A stretch of 64,000 nucleotides of DNA from Heptranchias perlo (taxonomy: Eukaryota): contig NW_027139215.1 of assembly GCF_035084215.1 (NCBI RefSeq), positions 62,001 to 126,000 on the forward strand. The letters run 5' to 3'. Both the position numbers and the translations under genes were made by a program. This document shows positions 10,801 to 22,770 of this stretch, piece by piece (within the stretch, counting starts at the first letter, position 1; the number at the start of each line of letters is the position of its first letter). The notes under the pieces are model-generated. The model saw only the letters and a program-made list of their open reading frames with translations. It was not told the origin of the DNA and did no database searches.

Positions 10801-11781
10801 AGGGCTGTGGCCGGTCGGGTAACCAGAGTCAGGGACGTCCTGGATGGCGGAGGGTCGGGTTGGCTCGAGCCGTGGGCGCTCGCCGCTCGCATGTCCTCGT
10901 GGCGTGCCGGGGACGCGGCCGCCGCCATCCAGGCGTTGAAATCGGCGCTCGGCCCTGACTCCACTCGGGGTGTGGAGGCGGCTCAGGCGTGCGGAGCCAT
11001 CCCGTCCGACCTGACCCCCGTTCGGACGGAATTCCTCCTCGGCGCCAAACCCCGGAACCTCCCTCGGAGGGCCGCGCCTCACAACTTGAGCCGTCTCTCG
11101 GAAATTCCCTCCGTGCCGTTTCACACCGCGCGGAGGGATATCCTGTACGGGCTGCTCCTGCACACCATCCACTTCCTCGCCCTCGTCTCTCGCCCGGACA
11201 CGCCCTGGCGTGCCATCCTGCCGTCCGGCGGAGACGGGGGTCCCCAGTGGGAGGCTCTCTATACGGGGGTCCTCCCGTGTTACTTTGGGGATCTGGGGTG
11301 GAGGGTGTTGCACGGAGCAGTCGCGTGCAACCGGCGGTTACGCCATTTTACGGACACCCAGGCCGCTTGCATTTTCTGCGGCCTGGAGGAGTCCGTTTTT
11401 CATTTGTACACTGGGTGTGCGAGACTGCAGCCCCTGTTCCATTATTTGGAGGGGCTGCTCCTCAAGTTCTGGCTGCACTTCAGTCCCACGCTCCTGATCT
11501 TTGGCCGCCCGGTGAGGAGGGGGGCGGGCAGGTCGGTGGACGTCCTCGTGGGCCTGCTCCTGGGCCTGTCCAAGGTGGCTATCCACAGGTCCAGGATGCT
11601 CGCGGTCCGCGGGGGTGGGCGCTCGGCCTGTCTGCCTCTCTTTCGCGGGTTGCTCCGCGCCCGGGTGGCCCTGGAGATGGAGCACGCGGTGTCTGCCGGT
11701 ACGCTTGAGGCTTTCCGCGACCGGTGGGCACCGCAGGGGCTGGAGTGCATCCTGAACGAGGATAATAAAATTTTGATTTGA
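7874..11781 (+). pseudogene. Tx1 ORF2 of copy 2, frameshifted (+2 C near 9244-9247)
   Basis: ORFs 7856..9286 and 9157..11781 together equal copy 1 ORF2; CCACCCCAGC versus CCACCAGC. Confidence 0.9.
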
Positions 11782-11912
11782 ACTCTTGGTTTTGGTTTGT
11801 TTGGTTTTTAGTTGTTAAGCACACCCCACACCCCCCCTTCTTATAAAAGGGGGGCCTAATCAGAGAAGATATAAAAAAAAAAAAAAAAATTCTGGAACTA
11901 TTTTCTTCTGAT

Positions 11913-12090
11913 CCAAGCTCTTGTATTGAGACGACTGGGACAGCCTGCATTGAAACCAGGAATGGACAGCACCAATGATGATTGACAATCCCTGATAGCC
12001 AATCAGGAATCTTCCATGAATCCAGGCACCAATTAACAAAGGACAGGGCTCTGGGGGAGAGATTGATATCCAGAGCCAATCAGAGCTTTG
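11913..12090 (-). promoter_or_regulatory. Second copy of the inverted ferritin-promoter-like module
   Basis: Near-identical to 4925-5101; TATA-equivalent further eroded. Confidence 0.6.
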
Positions 12091-12807
12091 CAATACAGAC
12101 CAGCAAGGCCTTGGAGGTGTTTGTGGCTGGACTGCCACTGAGTGGAGTGGAGAGCAGAGAGAGCAGGCCCTTGCCTGGGTCCCTTGGGGAGAAGGAGAAA
12201 GAGAAGGAGAAAGAAGGAGAAACCACCATCAACAAGGAGGGAGGGAGAAGGAGGGAGAAGGAGAAAAAGAGCACCAACCAGTGGGAGGAAGAGGTGGTCG
12301 GTGCAGTGAGGTGTGTCGGCTGAAGGTAGGGGGAGGAAGAAGACTTCAGAGGACAGGGGTCCCCCCCAAGTGTCTGGCCCAGGACAGCTGGAGCTGCCTG
12401 GGTGAAGATACTTTCCTTTTCAAATCTTTGGAGGACTGAGCCGAGGCAGCTCCAGCTGTCTAGGGGAAGACATCTCCTCCCCCTGCCCACTGGAAGACAG
12501 ACAGAAGAAGATCCACCTTTTAAGGTGCAACCCCGCCCCTCTTCCACCCACTTCTGCAGCAGCCCACCCCTGCAGACTCCCTCCTTCCCTTTCTGCCATC
12601 CATCCCTCCCACCTTCTCCTGCTCTCTGGGATATTCCCTTGCTCTCCGGGGTGTTCTTGGGGAATTTAAAAACCAACAAAGGGGCCCTCTCCCATCCAAG
12701 CACTGGGATTCGGGGAGAGAGGTTTTCCTCAAGGTTTTCATTTAAAAAAAAGAGGCCAATTTCAATCCAAAGGCCTGAGACTTGGGGTGGGTGTGGCTCT
12801 TTAGGTC

Positions 12808-14850
12808 ATGGCTTCACCATCTTCGCCGGTGCCGGGACCCAGCAGGACGTATGCGGCGGTTACCTCGGGGGCCGCTCCTACAGTTCGTGCCGCTCCTGCT
12901 GGGCCGGCGCCTTTCCGCCTCATTACGAGGAAGCATGGGGTGAAGAGCTAGGCCCACCCCAACATGACCATTGAGGCCTGCGTAAAGGCCATGGCCGAGG
13001 TTGTCGGCCCCTCGGCCATCGTCGCGGCCTCGAAAATGTACGGGAGGGCGGTGTTCTTCCTGAGGTCCGAGCGGGCGGTGTCCCTGGCCCTTAGTAAGGG
13101 GCTCACGGTTGGCGGGACCTTCCTGCCGGTGGACCCGCTGGAGGCCACCGCGCAGCGAGTCATTTTATCCAACGTCCCGCCTTTCCTGTCGGACGAGCTC
13201 CTCCTCCCCCACCTACGTCAACTGGGGGAGGTGAGGTCGGGGGTAACGCCGCTGCCGCTCGGACTCAGGGAGAACAGCCTCCGGCATGTTTACTCCTTCC
13301 GTCGCCAGGCATTCGTCAAGCTGGCACGGGAGGAGGTTACGGAGGGGGGCTTTAACGCCCTCCACGAGGGGACCCCTTACCGCGTCTTTTGGACGGCAGA
13401 GGGTGGGCGGTGCCATGCCTGTAAGGAGGTGGGGCACCTGAAGAGGAACTGCCCTGCCTCTCAGGCCGCCAAAACAGCTACGGCGGCCGGGGCTGGCGCC
13501 GCCACCGCTCCTCCCCCCAACCCCGCCCCCGCGTCGGGAGAGTCAACTGCGCGGGTGGAGGTTGGCGTCGAGGCCTCCGCCAGGGGGGTGGAGGGGAACC
13601 CTCGCCAGAGAAAGGCGCGGAGAAAGAGAAAGAATCTAGAGGCTGGTCCCCGGGACAGAGAAGATCTGAGTCAGCCCGAGGCCGTGACCGCGGCCAGTCA
13701 ACATCTCGCGGTCGCGACAGAGCCCGGGCTGGCGGGTGATCAGGAGGGAGCGGAGGTGGGGGTCCCAGCAGACATGGAGTTCCCCCTCCCTCCGCGACCC
13801 CCCGGGAAGAAAAAGAGGCGCCACTCCCCGGAAGCGAACGGGCTCCCTGCTAAGGGACGGCCCCCCGTGGAAGGGGAGTCGGTGCCGGTCGCGGATCCTG
13901 CGGCCCCGCCCGTGACATCCGAACAGCGGCGGGGGTCATCCACCTCTCGGGGGGAGGAGATCGTGCCCGTGCCTCCCGGGGGGGATGGAGAGACCCCGCC
14001 GATAGGGGGGGTCGCGGATCCGCATTTACCCGACACTACCCTGTTCACCGGGTCGGGCGTCCTGGGTGCCGGGGTGGGCGAGGCCGTTGCGGCCAAATTC
14101 GTCTGCCCCCGGCTCGACCTCTCCCAGGACCTGCTCGAACTGGTGGTGGGTTTTAATCAAAATATCTCGCCGGCCGGGTCGGTCGGTGGCGACGTGGGTG
14201 GGGGGACCCCCTCCTCTCAGTCTCTGGGCTCGGAGCCGGGGGAGGTGGGAGAACTTGAGTACACGTTCTCCCCGGTTTCCCCGGGTTCCCCTTATGTCCG
14301 GGTGCCGGTTTTTCACCGCTCTGAGGCTGGGGAGGGTCCCCGCCCGGCGCCGCCCTCTGACCCGGACCCCCCGGTGGAGCCCGGGGGGGACTCCTCTGCC
14401 GACGATCCTGGGGGTGGGATCGTGGCGGAGGCGGGGCCGGCCGGCGCGGCCGTCTCGTTCTCCGCGCTTTGTGCGGGGAGCGGGTCGGCCGCGGGCGACG
14501 ATGACCTGGAGGAGGACGGGGACTCGGTGGTGGGCACTGGGGAGGATTTGGAGTTCGCCGCCAGTGAGGTGGTGGACGCCCTCGTGCCCTGCACCGAGTC
14601 TCCCCTCATCCCCGTTGAGGAACTCTGGGATTTTGCGTCCGGTTGGAGCCGTCGTCGCGATGGCGTCCGGCTGGCCCTCGACCGTTGGTCGGAGCCGGCG
14701 CAGTTAATCCGCTCGGTCCGGGCCGCCGTCGCGTCCGTGGCCGCGGAGGAGGACGGCGGCGGGGTCGGGCTGCGTCGGCTCAGATCCCTCCTCACCGGGC
14801 TCTTGAGCGAGTGGCGGTCGACTAGCGGCCCCGCTCCCTCCGCGCGTTAG
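12808..14850 (+). pseudogene. Tx1 ORF1 of copy 3 with a premature stop (TAC>TAG at 12949-12951)
   Basis: Direct comparison with 5802..7844; the remaining ORF 12964..14850 starts at an internal Met. Confidence 0.9.
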
Positions 14851-14879
14851 GTTTAAGTAGGTTGCGCTGTGCTCTTGCC

Positions 14880-17800
14880 ATGGAGATAACCATAGCCAGC
14901 CTCAACATCAACGGCGGCAGAGACGCCCGCCGTAGATTTGACAAGTTCTCGGTCCTGCGGGACGGGAAGTATGCGGTGTGCTTTCTGCAGGAAACCCACA
15001 CCGTTCCGGGAGACGAGGCCACGTGGATCCTGGAATGGGGAGGGGGGGTCTACTTGAGTCACCTCGCCAGCGTTTCGAGCGGGGTGGCCATCTTGTTGGC
15101 CCCGACTTTTCAGCCGGAGATCTTGGGGGTCAAGGAGCCGGTGCCGGGCCGCTTGCTCCACGTAGCCCTTCGCCACGGGGATGTGCCGCTTCACCTGGTG
15201 AACGTGTACGCCCCCTGGTCCGAGGGCGAGCAAGTGAGCTTCTTTGAAGAAGTGTCCACTTACCTAAACTCCGTCGACGCCGGCGAGTGCATTATCCTCG
15301 GGGGGGATTTTAACCGTACCCTCGAGGCGAGGGACCGCTCCGGTCCCGCGCGTGCCCGAACGGCGACGGAGAAGTTGAGGGACCTGGTCGGGTCCTTCGA
15401 CTTGGTGGACGTCTGGCGGAATCTCCATCCCGACTCCGGCCAGTTCACCTTTGTGAGGGCCGGAGGGGGGAGCACCAGAATCGACCGCCTGTACGTTTCG
15501 CGGGCGTACGCCTCCTGCGTCCCGTCGGCCTCCATCCGGCCGGTGTCGTGCTCGGACCACCACCTGGTGTGGATGGAGCTCGCTCTGCTCCGCGCCCGGT
15601 CGGTGTCCGCGTACTGGCACTTTAACAACCGGCTGCTGGAGGACGCGCGGTTCCGGGACTCGTTCCGTCTGTTCTGGAGCGACTGGAGAGGGAAGCGGGG
15701 AGGCTTCTCCTCCTTGAGGCTATGGTGGGACGTGGGCAAGGCTCACGTCCGCCTCTTCTGTCAAGAGTACGCGAGGGGGTCGACTAAGAGGCGGGAGTCC
15801 GAGGTCAGGCGGTTGGAGCAGGAGGTGCTTGGCCTGGAGTCCCGTCTCGGTCAGGCCGCCGAGGATCCGGCCCTGCGGCAGGTGTACGAGGAGAGGAAGG
15901 ACGCTCTGAGGGACCTGCAACTGGTCGGGTCCCGAGGAGCGTACGTGAGGTCGCGGCTCCAGCTCCTGCGGGACCTGGACCGCGGCTCTCCCTTCTTCTA
16001 CTCGCTGGAAAAGCGGCGGGGGGCTCGTAAGCAGCTCCTTACGCTGCTGGCCGACGACGGGTCCCTCGTCTCGGACCCGGAGGGAGTCAGGGCTCGGGCT
16101 CGATCTTTCTACGAGGCTCTGTTCTCTCCGGATCCGTCCAGCGAGGAGGCGCGCAGAGTTTTGTGGGAGGACTTGCCGAAGGTCGGCCCGGAGGACGCCG
16201 AGCGTCTGGACGCTCCGCTCAGTTTGGCGGAGCTGACCGGCGCCCTCCACCAGCTCTCCAGGGGCAAGTCCCCGGGGCTGGACGGGCTGACCGTGGAGTT
16301 CCTCAGGGCCTTCTGGGACGTCCTGGGGGGCGACTACGCGCGGGTCCTGGGGGAATGTCTGGCGACCGGGGAGATGCCCCTTTCGTGGCGCAGGGCGGTC
16401 GTGGTCCTGCTGCCTAAGAAGGGGGATCTCCGCAACCTTAAAAACTGGCGCCCGGTCTCCCTCCTCAGCACGGATTATAAGGTCTTCGCCAGGGCGATGT
16501 CTGCTCGCCTCGGCACCGTGCTGGACCACATGATCCACCCCGACCAGTCCTACACGGTCCCGGGCCGGAAGATCCACGATAACATCCACCTGGTCCGGGA
16601 CCTGATCCACCATTCCCAGAGGGCTGGTCTGTCGGTCGCCTTCCTTTCCTTGGATCAGGAGAAGGCGTTCGACAGGGTGGATCACGAGTATCTATTCGGG
16701 ACTCTGCGCGCTTTCGGGTTCGGGTCGCATTTCGTCGCCCGGATCCGACTTCTGTACGCCGCCGCGGAGTGTCTGATTAAGGTTAACGGATCCTTGACGG
16801 CGCCCCTTCGCTTCGGGAGAGGAGTGCGTCAGGGGTGCCCCAAGTCCGGCCAATTATATACCATCTGCGTAGAGCCTTTCCTGCACCTCTTGCGAAAGAG
16901 GCTGTCGGGACTGGCTCTGCTCGAGCCGGGCGTGGAGGTCGTCCTTTCGGCTTACGCCGACGACGTGCTCCTCATGGTCACCGATCCCCTTGACTTGCGG
17001 AGAATGCGCGAGTGCCAAGAGGTCTACTCTGCCGCGTCCTCCGCAAGGATCAACTGGGAGAAATGTTCCGGACTCCTGGTGGGTCAGTGGCGGGTGGACT
17101 CCCTGCCGGAGGAGGTCAGGCCTTTCGCCTGGAGTACCACGCACCTCCGGTACCTGGGAGTCTACCTCGGCCCTGCCGAGGAAGCCTGGCCGGCGAACTG
17201 GGAAGAGCTGGAGGCCAAAGTCACCGCTCGCCTGGCGCGCTGGACAGGACTGCTCCGAGTGTTATCCTACAGGGGTCGAGTGCTGGTCATAAACCAGCTG
17301 GTGGCAGCCATGTTGTGGTACAGATTGGTCACTTTGACCCCCCCCCTGATTTTGTCGCCAAGATTCAGAGGAAGTTCGTCGACTTCTTCTGGGCCAAAGG
17401 GATACACTGGGTCGCTGCCGCGGTCCTGAGTCTCCCGCTTCGGGAGGGCGGTCAGGGGCTGGTGTGCGTCCGCACCCAGATGGCAACTTTCCGCCTTCGG
17501 ACGCTGCGGCGATACCTGTACGTTGAGCGTCCTCTTAGATGGCGTGCGCTGGCGACGTACTTTTTCCGCCAGCTGCACGGCCTGAACTACGACACGCAGC
17601 TCCTGTTCGTCTCGCTGGTGGGCGGCCGCATGTCTTTGCAGGAGCTGCCTGTCTTTTACCAGGATCTGCTCAGGGTCTGGAACATGGTCGCCTCCGGTCG
17701 GAGCTATCGCCCGTCAGGGGTAGCGGCCGTCCTGCAGGAGCCGCTGCTCGGGAATCCGTTCCTCCGCGATATCGGCTTCGGCCGCTCGCGGCTGTCGGTG

Positions 17801-18784
17801 CGGAGGGCCGTGGCCGGTCGGGTGACCAGAGTCAGGGACGTCCTGGATGGCGGAGGGTCGGGTTGGCTCGAGCCGTGGGCGCTTGCCGCACGGATGTCCT
17901 CGTGGCGTGCCGGGGACGCGGCCGCCGCCATCCGGGCGTTGAAATCGGCGCTCGGCCCTGACTCCACTCGGGATGTGGAGGCGGCTCAAGCGTGCGGAGC
18001 CATCCCGTCCGACCTGACCCCCGTTCGGACGGAGTTCCTCATCGGCGCCGGGCCCCAAAACCTCCCTCGGAGGGCCGCGCCTCACAACTTGAGCCGTCTC
18101 TCGGAAATTCCCTCCGTGCCGTTTCACACCGCGCGGAGGGATTTCCTGTACGGGCTGCTCCTGCACACTCTCCACTTCCTCGCCCTCGTCTCTCGCCCGG
18201 ACACGCCCTGGCGTACCATCCTGCCGTCCGGCGGAGACAGGGGTCCCCAGTGGGGGGCTCTCTACTCAGGGATCCTCCCGTGTTCCATCGGGGATCTGGG
18301 GAGGAGAGTGTTGCACGGAGCAGTGGCGTGCAACAGGCGTTTACGCCATTTTACGGACTCCCAGGCCGCCTGCAATTTCTGCGGCCTGGAGGAGTCCGTG
18401 TTTCATTTGTTCACGGGGTGTGGGAGACTGCAGCCCCTGTTTGATTATTTGGAGGGGCTGCTCCTCAGGTTCTGGCTGCACTTCAGTCCCACGCTCCTGA
18501 TCTTTGGCCGCCCGGTGAGGAGGGGAGCGGGCAGGTCGGTGGACGTCCTCGTGGGCCTGCTCCTGGGCCTGTCCAAGGTGGCCATCCACAGGTCCAGGTT
18601 GCGTGCGGCCGGTGGGGGCGGTCGCTCGGACTGTCTGCCTCTCTTCCGCGGGATGCTCCGCGCCCGGGTGGCCCTGGAGATGGAGCACGCGGTGTCTGCC
18701 GGTACGCTTGACGCTTTCCGCGACCGGTGGGCACCGCAGGGGCTGGAGTGCATCCTGAACGGGGAAAATAAAATTTTAATTTGA
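14880..18784 (+). pseudogene. Tx1 ORF2 of copy 3, -1 frameshift in a C run at ~17338-17346
   Basis: C9 versus C10 in copy 1; ORFs 14862..17429 and 17012..18784. Confidence 0.88.
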
Positions 18785-18959
18785 TACCTGGTTTCGTTTT
18801 ATTTGGTTTTTAGTATTTAAGCACACCCTACACCCCCCCTTCTTATAAAAGGGGGGGCCTAAGAACACAAAAAAAAACAAAAAAGAATTTAAAAAAAACA
18901 CAAAAAAAAAGGTGCTGGTTGGTGGGTAAAGTGAAAAAGAAAAAAAATATGCCCGTTTC

Positions 18960-19112
18960 TGCAAGGACTGGAGAACAGAGTTGATCAGGAAAATTAAAAT
19001 TCTTATTTGACTCTGGTTATTGATTTGTATTAAAAATAAAGTTGTCATCCTAAACCTACCCCCAGCCAAAGGGGCTTAAATAAAATCAAAAGCAAAAGAA
19101 ATATATAAATAA
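18960..19112 (+). mobile_element. Old degenerate Tx1 3' terminus
   Basis: GCAAGGACTGGAG...AAAATTCTTATTTGA matches the ORF2 end (QGLE...KILI*); decayed hairpin and A-rich tail. Confidence 0.6.
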
Positions 19113-19119
19113 ACCCGTT

Positions 19120-19541
19120 TAGGAGACACTGGGTTTGCCCTCGTGTCATCAACCCAAAATAAAGGATATCTAACAAAGGGGCACAACTAATAAACACCAA
19201 AATCAAACAAAAGACAAAGAAAACTTAGCAAATTAACTCATAATATTATTGGCAGTGTCTACCATACACTCCAGTCCCTGCTGTGCCCATCGGTCGTGGA
19301 AGGCCTCAAGTGTACCTGCAGACAACGCGTGCTCCTTCTCCAGGGCCACCCAGGCATGGAGAAAGCCGCGGCAGAGAGGTACGCAGCCAGAGCGGCAGCC
19401 CCCATGGGCCATATCCAACCTGGACCCGTGGCTGGTCACCTTGGCCAGGCCCAGGAGCAGACTCATGAGGAGGTCCTCCGACTTGCCTCCACCACTCCGC
19501 ACCGGGCAGCTAAAGATCAGGAGCGCAGGACTGAAGTGCAA
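19120..19541 (-). mobile_element. Older Tx1 subfamily 3' fragment
   Basis: ORF 19233..19541 is homologous to the ORF2 C-terminus; distinct 3' UTR shared with 28801-29075. Confidence 0.85.
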
Positions 19542-19554
19542 AATTCAATTAACT

Positions 19555-19995
19555 GTGATGCTGAGACAATATTCAAAGCAATCAAGTAGCCTTGAGTGAA
19601 TTTGCAAACCAACCATTGGACAGAGAAATGGAATTTCCATCCCATGGATGGTGGGAATCGCCCCCAGTTCTAATATAGAGAATGGGTGTGTCTGAGGATT
19701 GGCAGCATGGGGGCATCAACTGGGTAAAGCATTGTGGGATGTGTCATTTTTAGTTTTGATTCTCATGAAATGTTGTTTGGTAAAATTCAGGATATTCAGC
19801 GAGAATGAGAGGGAGTGAAGATTACTGAATGCAATGTCACCCACACAAACATCTCCATTTGTGTCAGCTGTGGCTCAGTGGTAGCACTCTCACCTCAGAG
19901 TCAGAAGGTTGTGGGTTCAAGTCCCACTCCAGGGACTGGAGCACAAAGTCTAGACTGATACTTCAGTGCAACACTGAGGGAGTGCTGCACTGTCA
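19555..19995. repeat. Inverted duplicate of ~34242-34667 (unique DNA plus SINE head)
   Basis: Reverse complement aligns nearly base for base. Confidence 0.9.
19862..19995 (+). mobile_element. tRNA-derived SINE head (DeuSINE/SacSINE1-like), truncated
   Basis: A box TGGCTCAGTGG, B box GGTTCAAGTCC; matches the longer copy at 33880-34357. Confidence 0.8.
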
Positions 19996-19999
19996 GATA

Positions 20000-21704
20000 T
20001 AGAATAGTTATGTCCAGCTGGAGATATCGTGGAACATCTAAGTTTCCCCTCGAGCGTTTGGATTTTAATCCTCTTGGTCTGGAGGATTGGCAAGTGTTGC
20101 ACTTCAGATTGATGCATTTTTTGCATCATTGGAGCAAACTTACTGTACAGTAAGTGCTTAGATCCTGGGGTCACTGGGACACACTTACTGCTAATGTACA
20201 CAATAGGCCAACTTGCCTGTCTCCCCCCTCCCCAAAAAATTCCAAGAAAGACGCAAACAAACAAACCAATTAGGAATGAAGATCTTTTGAATAGGCTCAA
20301 GGACAGCAAGGTTCCTCCATCTCTAACTTACCCAAAAGCCCACATTAACAGCATTAGGAACTTACATGAGGGTCTGTCCTCAGTGGACAGTTTGTGCAGA
20401 TCCAGCAGACTCTGGTTCACATCCTTCTCCATCTGCAGAGCTCTCTGCATCGCCTCCAGACCATTGCTCCACTCATCCTGCTCTGGCTTCTGAAAAGGAA
20501 GTCTCAGCCAGTTCACTTAATGGATTAAACAAACGAACAATACACCAGAAAGCATTGAAGGAAAATAGGGTGGAAAAAGTAAAAGTCCATGTTACCATGA
20601 ACCAATTGTGTTAAGAATATAGAATTACTGAATTAAGCCATCACAACCACAAGAGTCAAATTAATGACAATTAGTATCGATGCATTTAAAGGGGAGCTCG
20701 ACATGTACATGAGTGCAAAAGAAATAGAAAGATATGCTGATCACATTCGATCAAGTAAAGTGGGAGGAGGCTTTTCTGGAGCATGGACATAAACATAGAC
20801 CAGTTGGACCAAATGACCTGTTTCTGTGAAGCAAATTCCATATAAATTGGAACAAGCAAAGTGGTGCCATGTAAAAGACCACTTGTTTGCTGAACCCAAC
20901 CTGGATATCCTCCAAGATGATTCTGGAATTTCAGCAATTTCTCAGCATCCTCATGTTTCTCCTGTGACTGCTCCTTGAAGAACTTGACAAAGTGATGCAG
21001 GGCAACATCATCCCGGTCAAAGTAATAGGACTGTGGAGAGATCAAAAGTAGTTGGATATCTCAAAGACCAATCATGGGTATTGTACATGAAGCCAACTTC
21101 AATATTTTGCTTTCTGGCTCACTCAACTGGTCTGCAGATTGTTATGAAAACTAGCACAGGCCAACTTGCTTCACTAATCTGGTAAAGATGGTGGATAATT
21201 TCATTCCCAGCAATTGGGAAGCTAGCCAATGGAAAATAATCACCAATTCAGCTTTAATTAAAATTTTACTTGAATATGCTCACAAATCAATACTTGCTTA
21301 ACGTGAAATTATGACACTCAATAGTATATCTGGAAATTAGTGAAGGACCAATAATAACATTCCTTTCACCAGGATCATGCCCCCATTGAATGCAGTGTAT
21401 TCCAAAAGTAAATTTGAAGAAGCTCAGAGCCCAGGAACGTGAGTCAGAGATTGAAGAAACTCAGCCTATATTACAATTACTGTAAGGAACAGGGAGACAG
21501 TTTGTTTATAACAATTCAATTTAACTTGCACAATTACAGGTTTCAAAAATACACCCACTGTACATAGATTGAGGGATTGAATAGGGTCCAAAAAAAAGAC
21601 TCACTATGGAGAGATAAACATAGGAGGAATAGAGCTCCATATTGATCTGCTTGTTGACACCATCCTCACTCCTTGTGATAGTTCTAACACACCTGGGAAT
21701 CCAT
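20000..21704 (-). pseudogene. Ferritin heavy/middle-type pseudogene (exons 21704-21605, 21030-20901, 20489-20366; exon 4 deleted)
   Basis: Stop at codon 7 (CAG>TAG), 2-bp deletions in exons 1 and 3, internal deletion in exon 2; introns homologous to the gene at 29647-32197. Confidence 0.92.
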
Positions 21705-21765
21705 TCTAACTGTCTAAGAAGGTATTTTAACTAGCTGAACCAGGCTAACGTCTTCCCAAACTCTT

Positions 21766-22002
21766 TTTTTTTTCTTTTTTTTCTTTTTCCTATTAGGCCC
21801 CCCTTTTATAAGAAGGGGGGGTGTGGGGTGTGCTTAAATACTAAAAACCCAAACAAACCAAAACCAAGTGTTCAAATTAAAACTTTATTATCCTCGTCCA
21901 GGATGCACTCCAGCCCCTGCGGTGCCCACCGGCCGCGGAAAGCCTCGAGCGTACCGGCAGACACCGCGTGCTCCATCTCCAGGGCCACCCGGGCGCAGAG
22001 CA
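21766..22002 (-). mobile_element. 5'-truncated Tx1 insertion with 13-bp TSD TTCCCAAACTCTT (21753-21765 / 22003-22015)
   Basis: ORF2 end, 3' UTR, hairpin and poly(A) on the minus strand; exact direct repeat on both sides. Confidence 0.92.
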
Positions 22003-22180
22003 TTCCCAAACTCTTCTATTTATATGTCTGGGGACAGCCTGCCTGTAATACAAGGCGTGGCATTCCCGATGATGAGTAAAAACTCACACTAGCCATTCAG
22101 AGCTCGACGCCCACTGAGGACACCAATCAAGAAAGAGGCGTAGTCGAGATTGTATTTAAGGCCAATCAGAACATTTTTTT
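22003..22180 (-). promoter_or_regulatory. Promoter of the ferritin pseudogene (TATAAATA 22024-22017, CCAAT boxes)
   Basis: TATA box at the expected distance once the Tx1 insert is removed; CCAATCA at ~22123 and ~22162. Confidence 0.7.
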
Positions 22181-22214
22181 TTCAATTAAGTAGATTTGTT
22201 TTGAATCAGGTTGA

Positions 22215-22335
22215 CTTTTTTTGTATGTTTCGATCCCCTTTTATGAGATTGAGGGAGGGAGGTTCAGGATGTAACTTTATTTTTTTTTTTAAATCCAAAA
22301 ACTAAATGATAACAGAGTCAAATAATAATTATAAT
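22215..22335 (-). mobile_element. Old degenerate Tx1 3' terminus
   Basis: Minus strand reads ...ATTATTTGACTCTG...CATAAAAGGGG...A-rich, similar to 18960-19112. Confidence 0.55.
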
Positions 22336-22358
22336 TTTTTTTTTTATGGGCAGTCAGC

Positions 22359-22770
22359 TTTTTTTGTGTGTTTTAGGCCCCCCTTTTATAAGAAGGGGGG
22401 TTAGGGTGTGTTCATGTGCAGTAAATCCAAAAAATAAATAAGTGTCAAATTATAATTTTATTATCTCGGCCCAGGATGCACTCCAATCCCTGCGGTGCCC
22501 ATCCGTCGCGGAAAGCCTCAAACGTACCGGCAGACACCGCGTGCTCCCTCTCCAGGGCCATCGCGGTGCGAAGAATGCTGCGGAAGAGAGGCAGACGGTC
22601 GGAGCGACCGTCCCCATGGGCCGGGTCGAGCCTGGACCTGTAGATGACCACTTTGGACAGGCCTAGGGCCAGACCCATGAGAATGTCCTCCGACTTGCCT
22701 GCGCCCCCCCCCCCCAAACTCCCCACTCCCCTCAACGGGTGGCCAAAGATCAGGAGCGTGGGACTGAAGT
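22359..22770 (-). mobile_element. 5'-truncated Tx1 fragment
   Basis: ORF 22445..22735 is homologous to the ORF2 C-terminus; hairpin and A tail. Confidence 0.9.

Larger units (their letters stand above)
4900..11889 (+). mobile_element. Tx1 retrotransposon, array copy 2 (apparently full length, ~7.0 kb)
   Basis: ~900-bp 5' region, ORF1, ORF2, 3' hairpin and poly(A); begins directly after the poly(A) of copy 1. Confidence 0.95.
11890..18910 (+). mobile_element. Tx1 retrotransposon, array copy 3 (full length, mosaic 3' part)
   Basis: Same organisation as copy 2; the 3' ~1.7 kb and 3' UTR resemble the fragments at 34.8-37.0 kb more than copies 1-2. Confidence 0.95.

Noticed and set aside
27-18753. 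Numerous 60-350 aa alternative-frame and antisense ORFs overlapping the Tx1 copies (e.g. 1682..2647, 3224..4279, 10258..11313)
   Set aside because: Expected shadows of GC-rich coding DNA; no recognisable domains; they repeat only because the element repeats.
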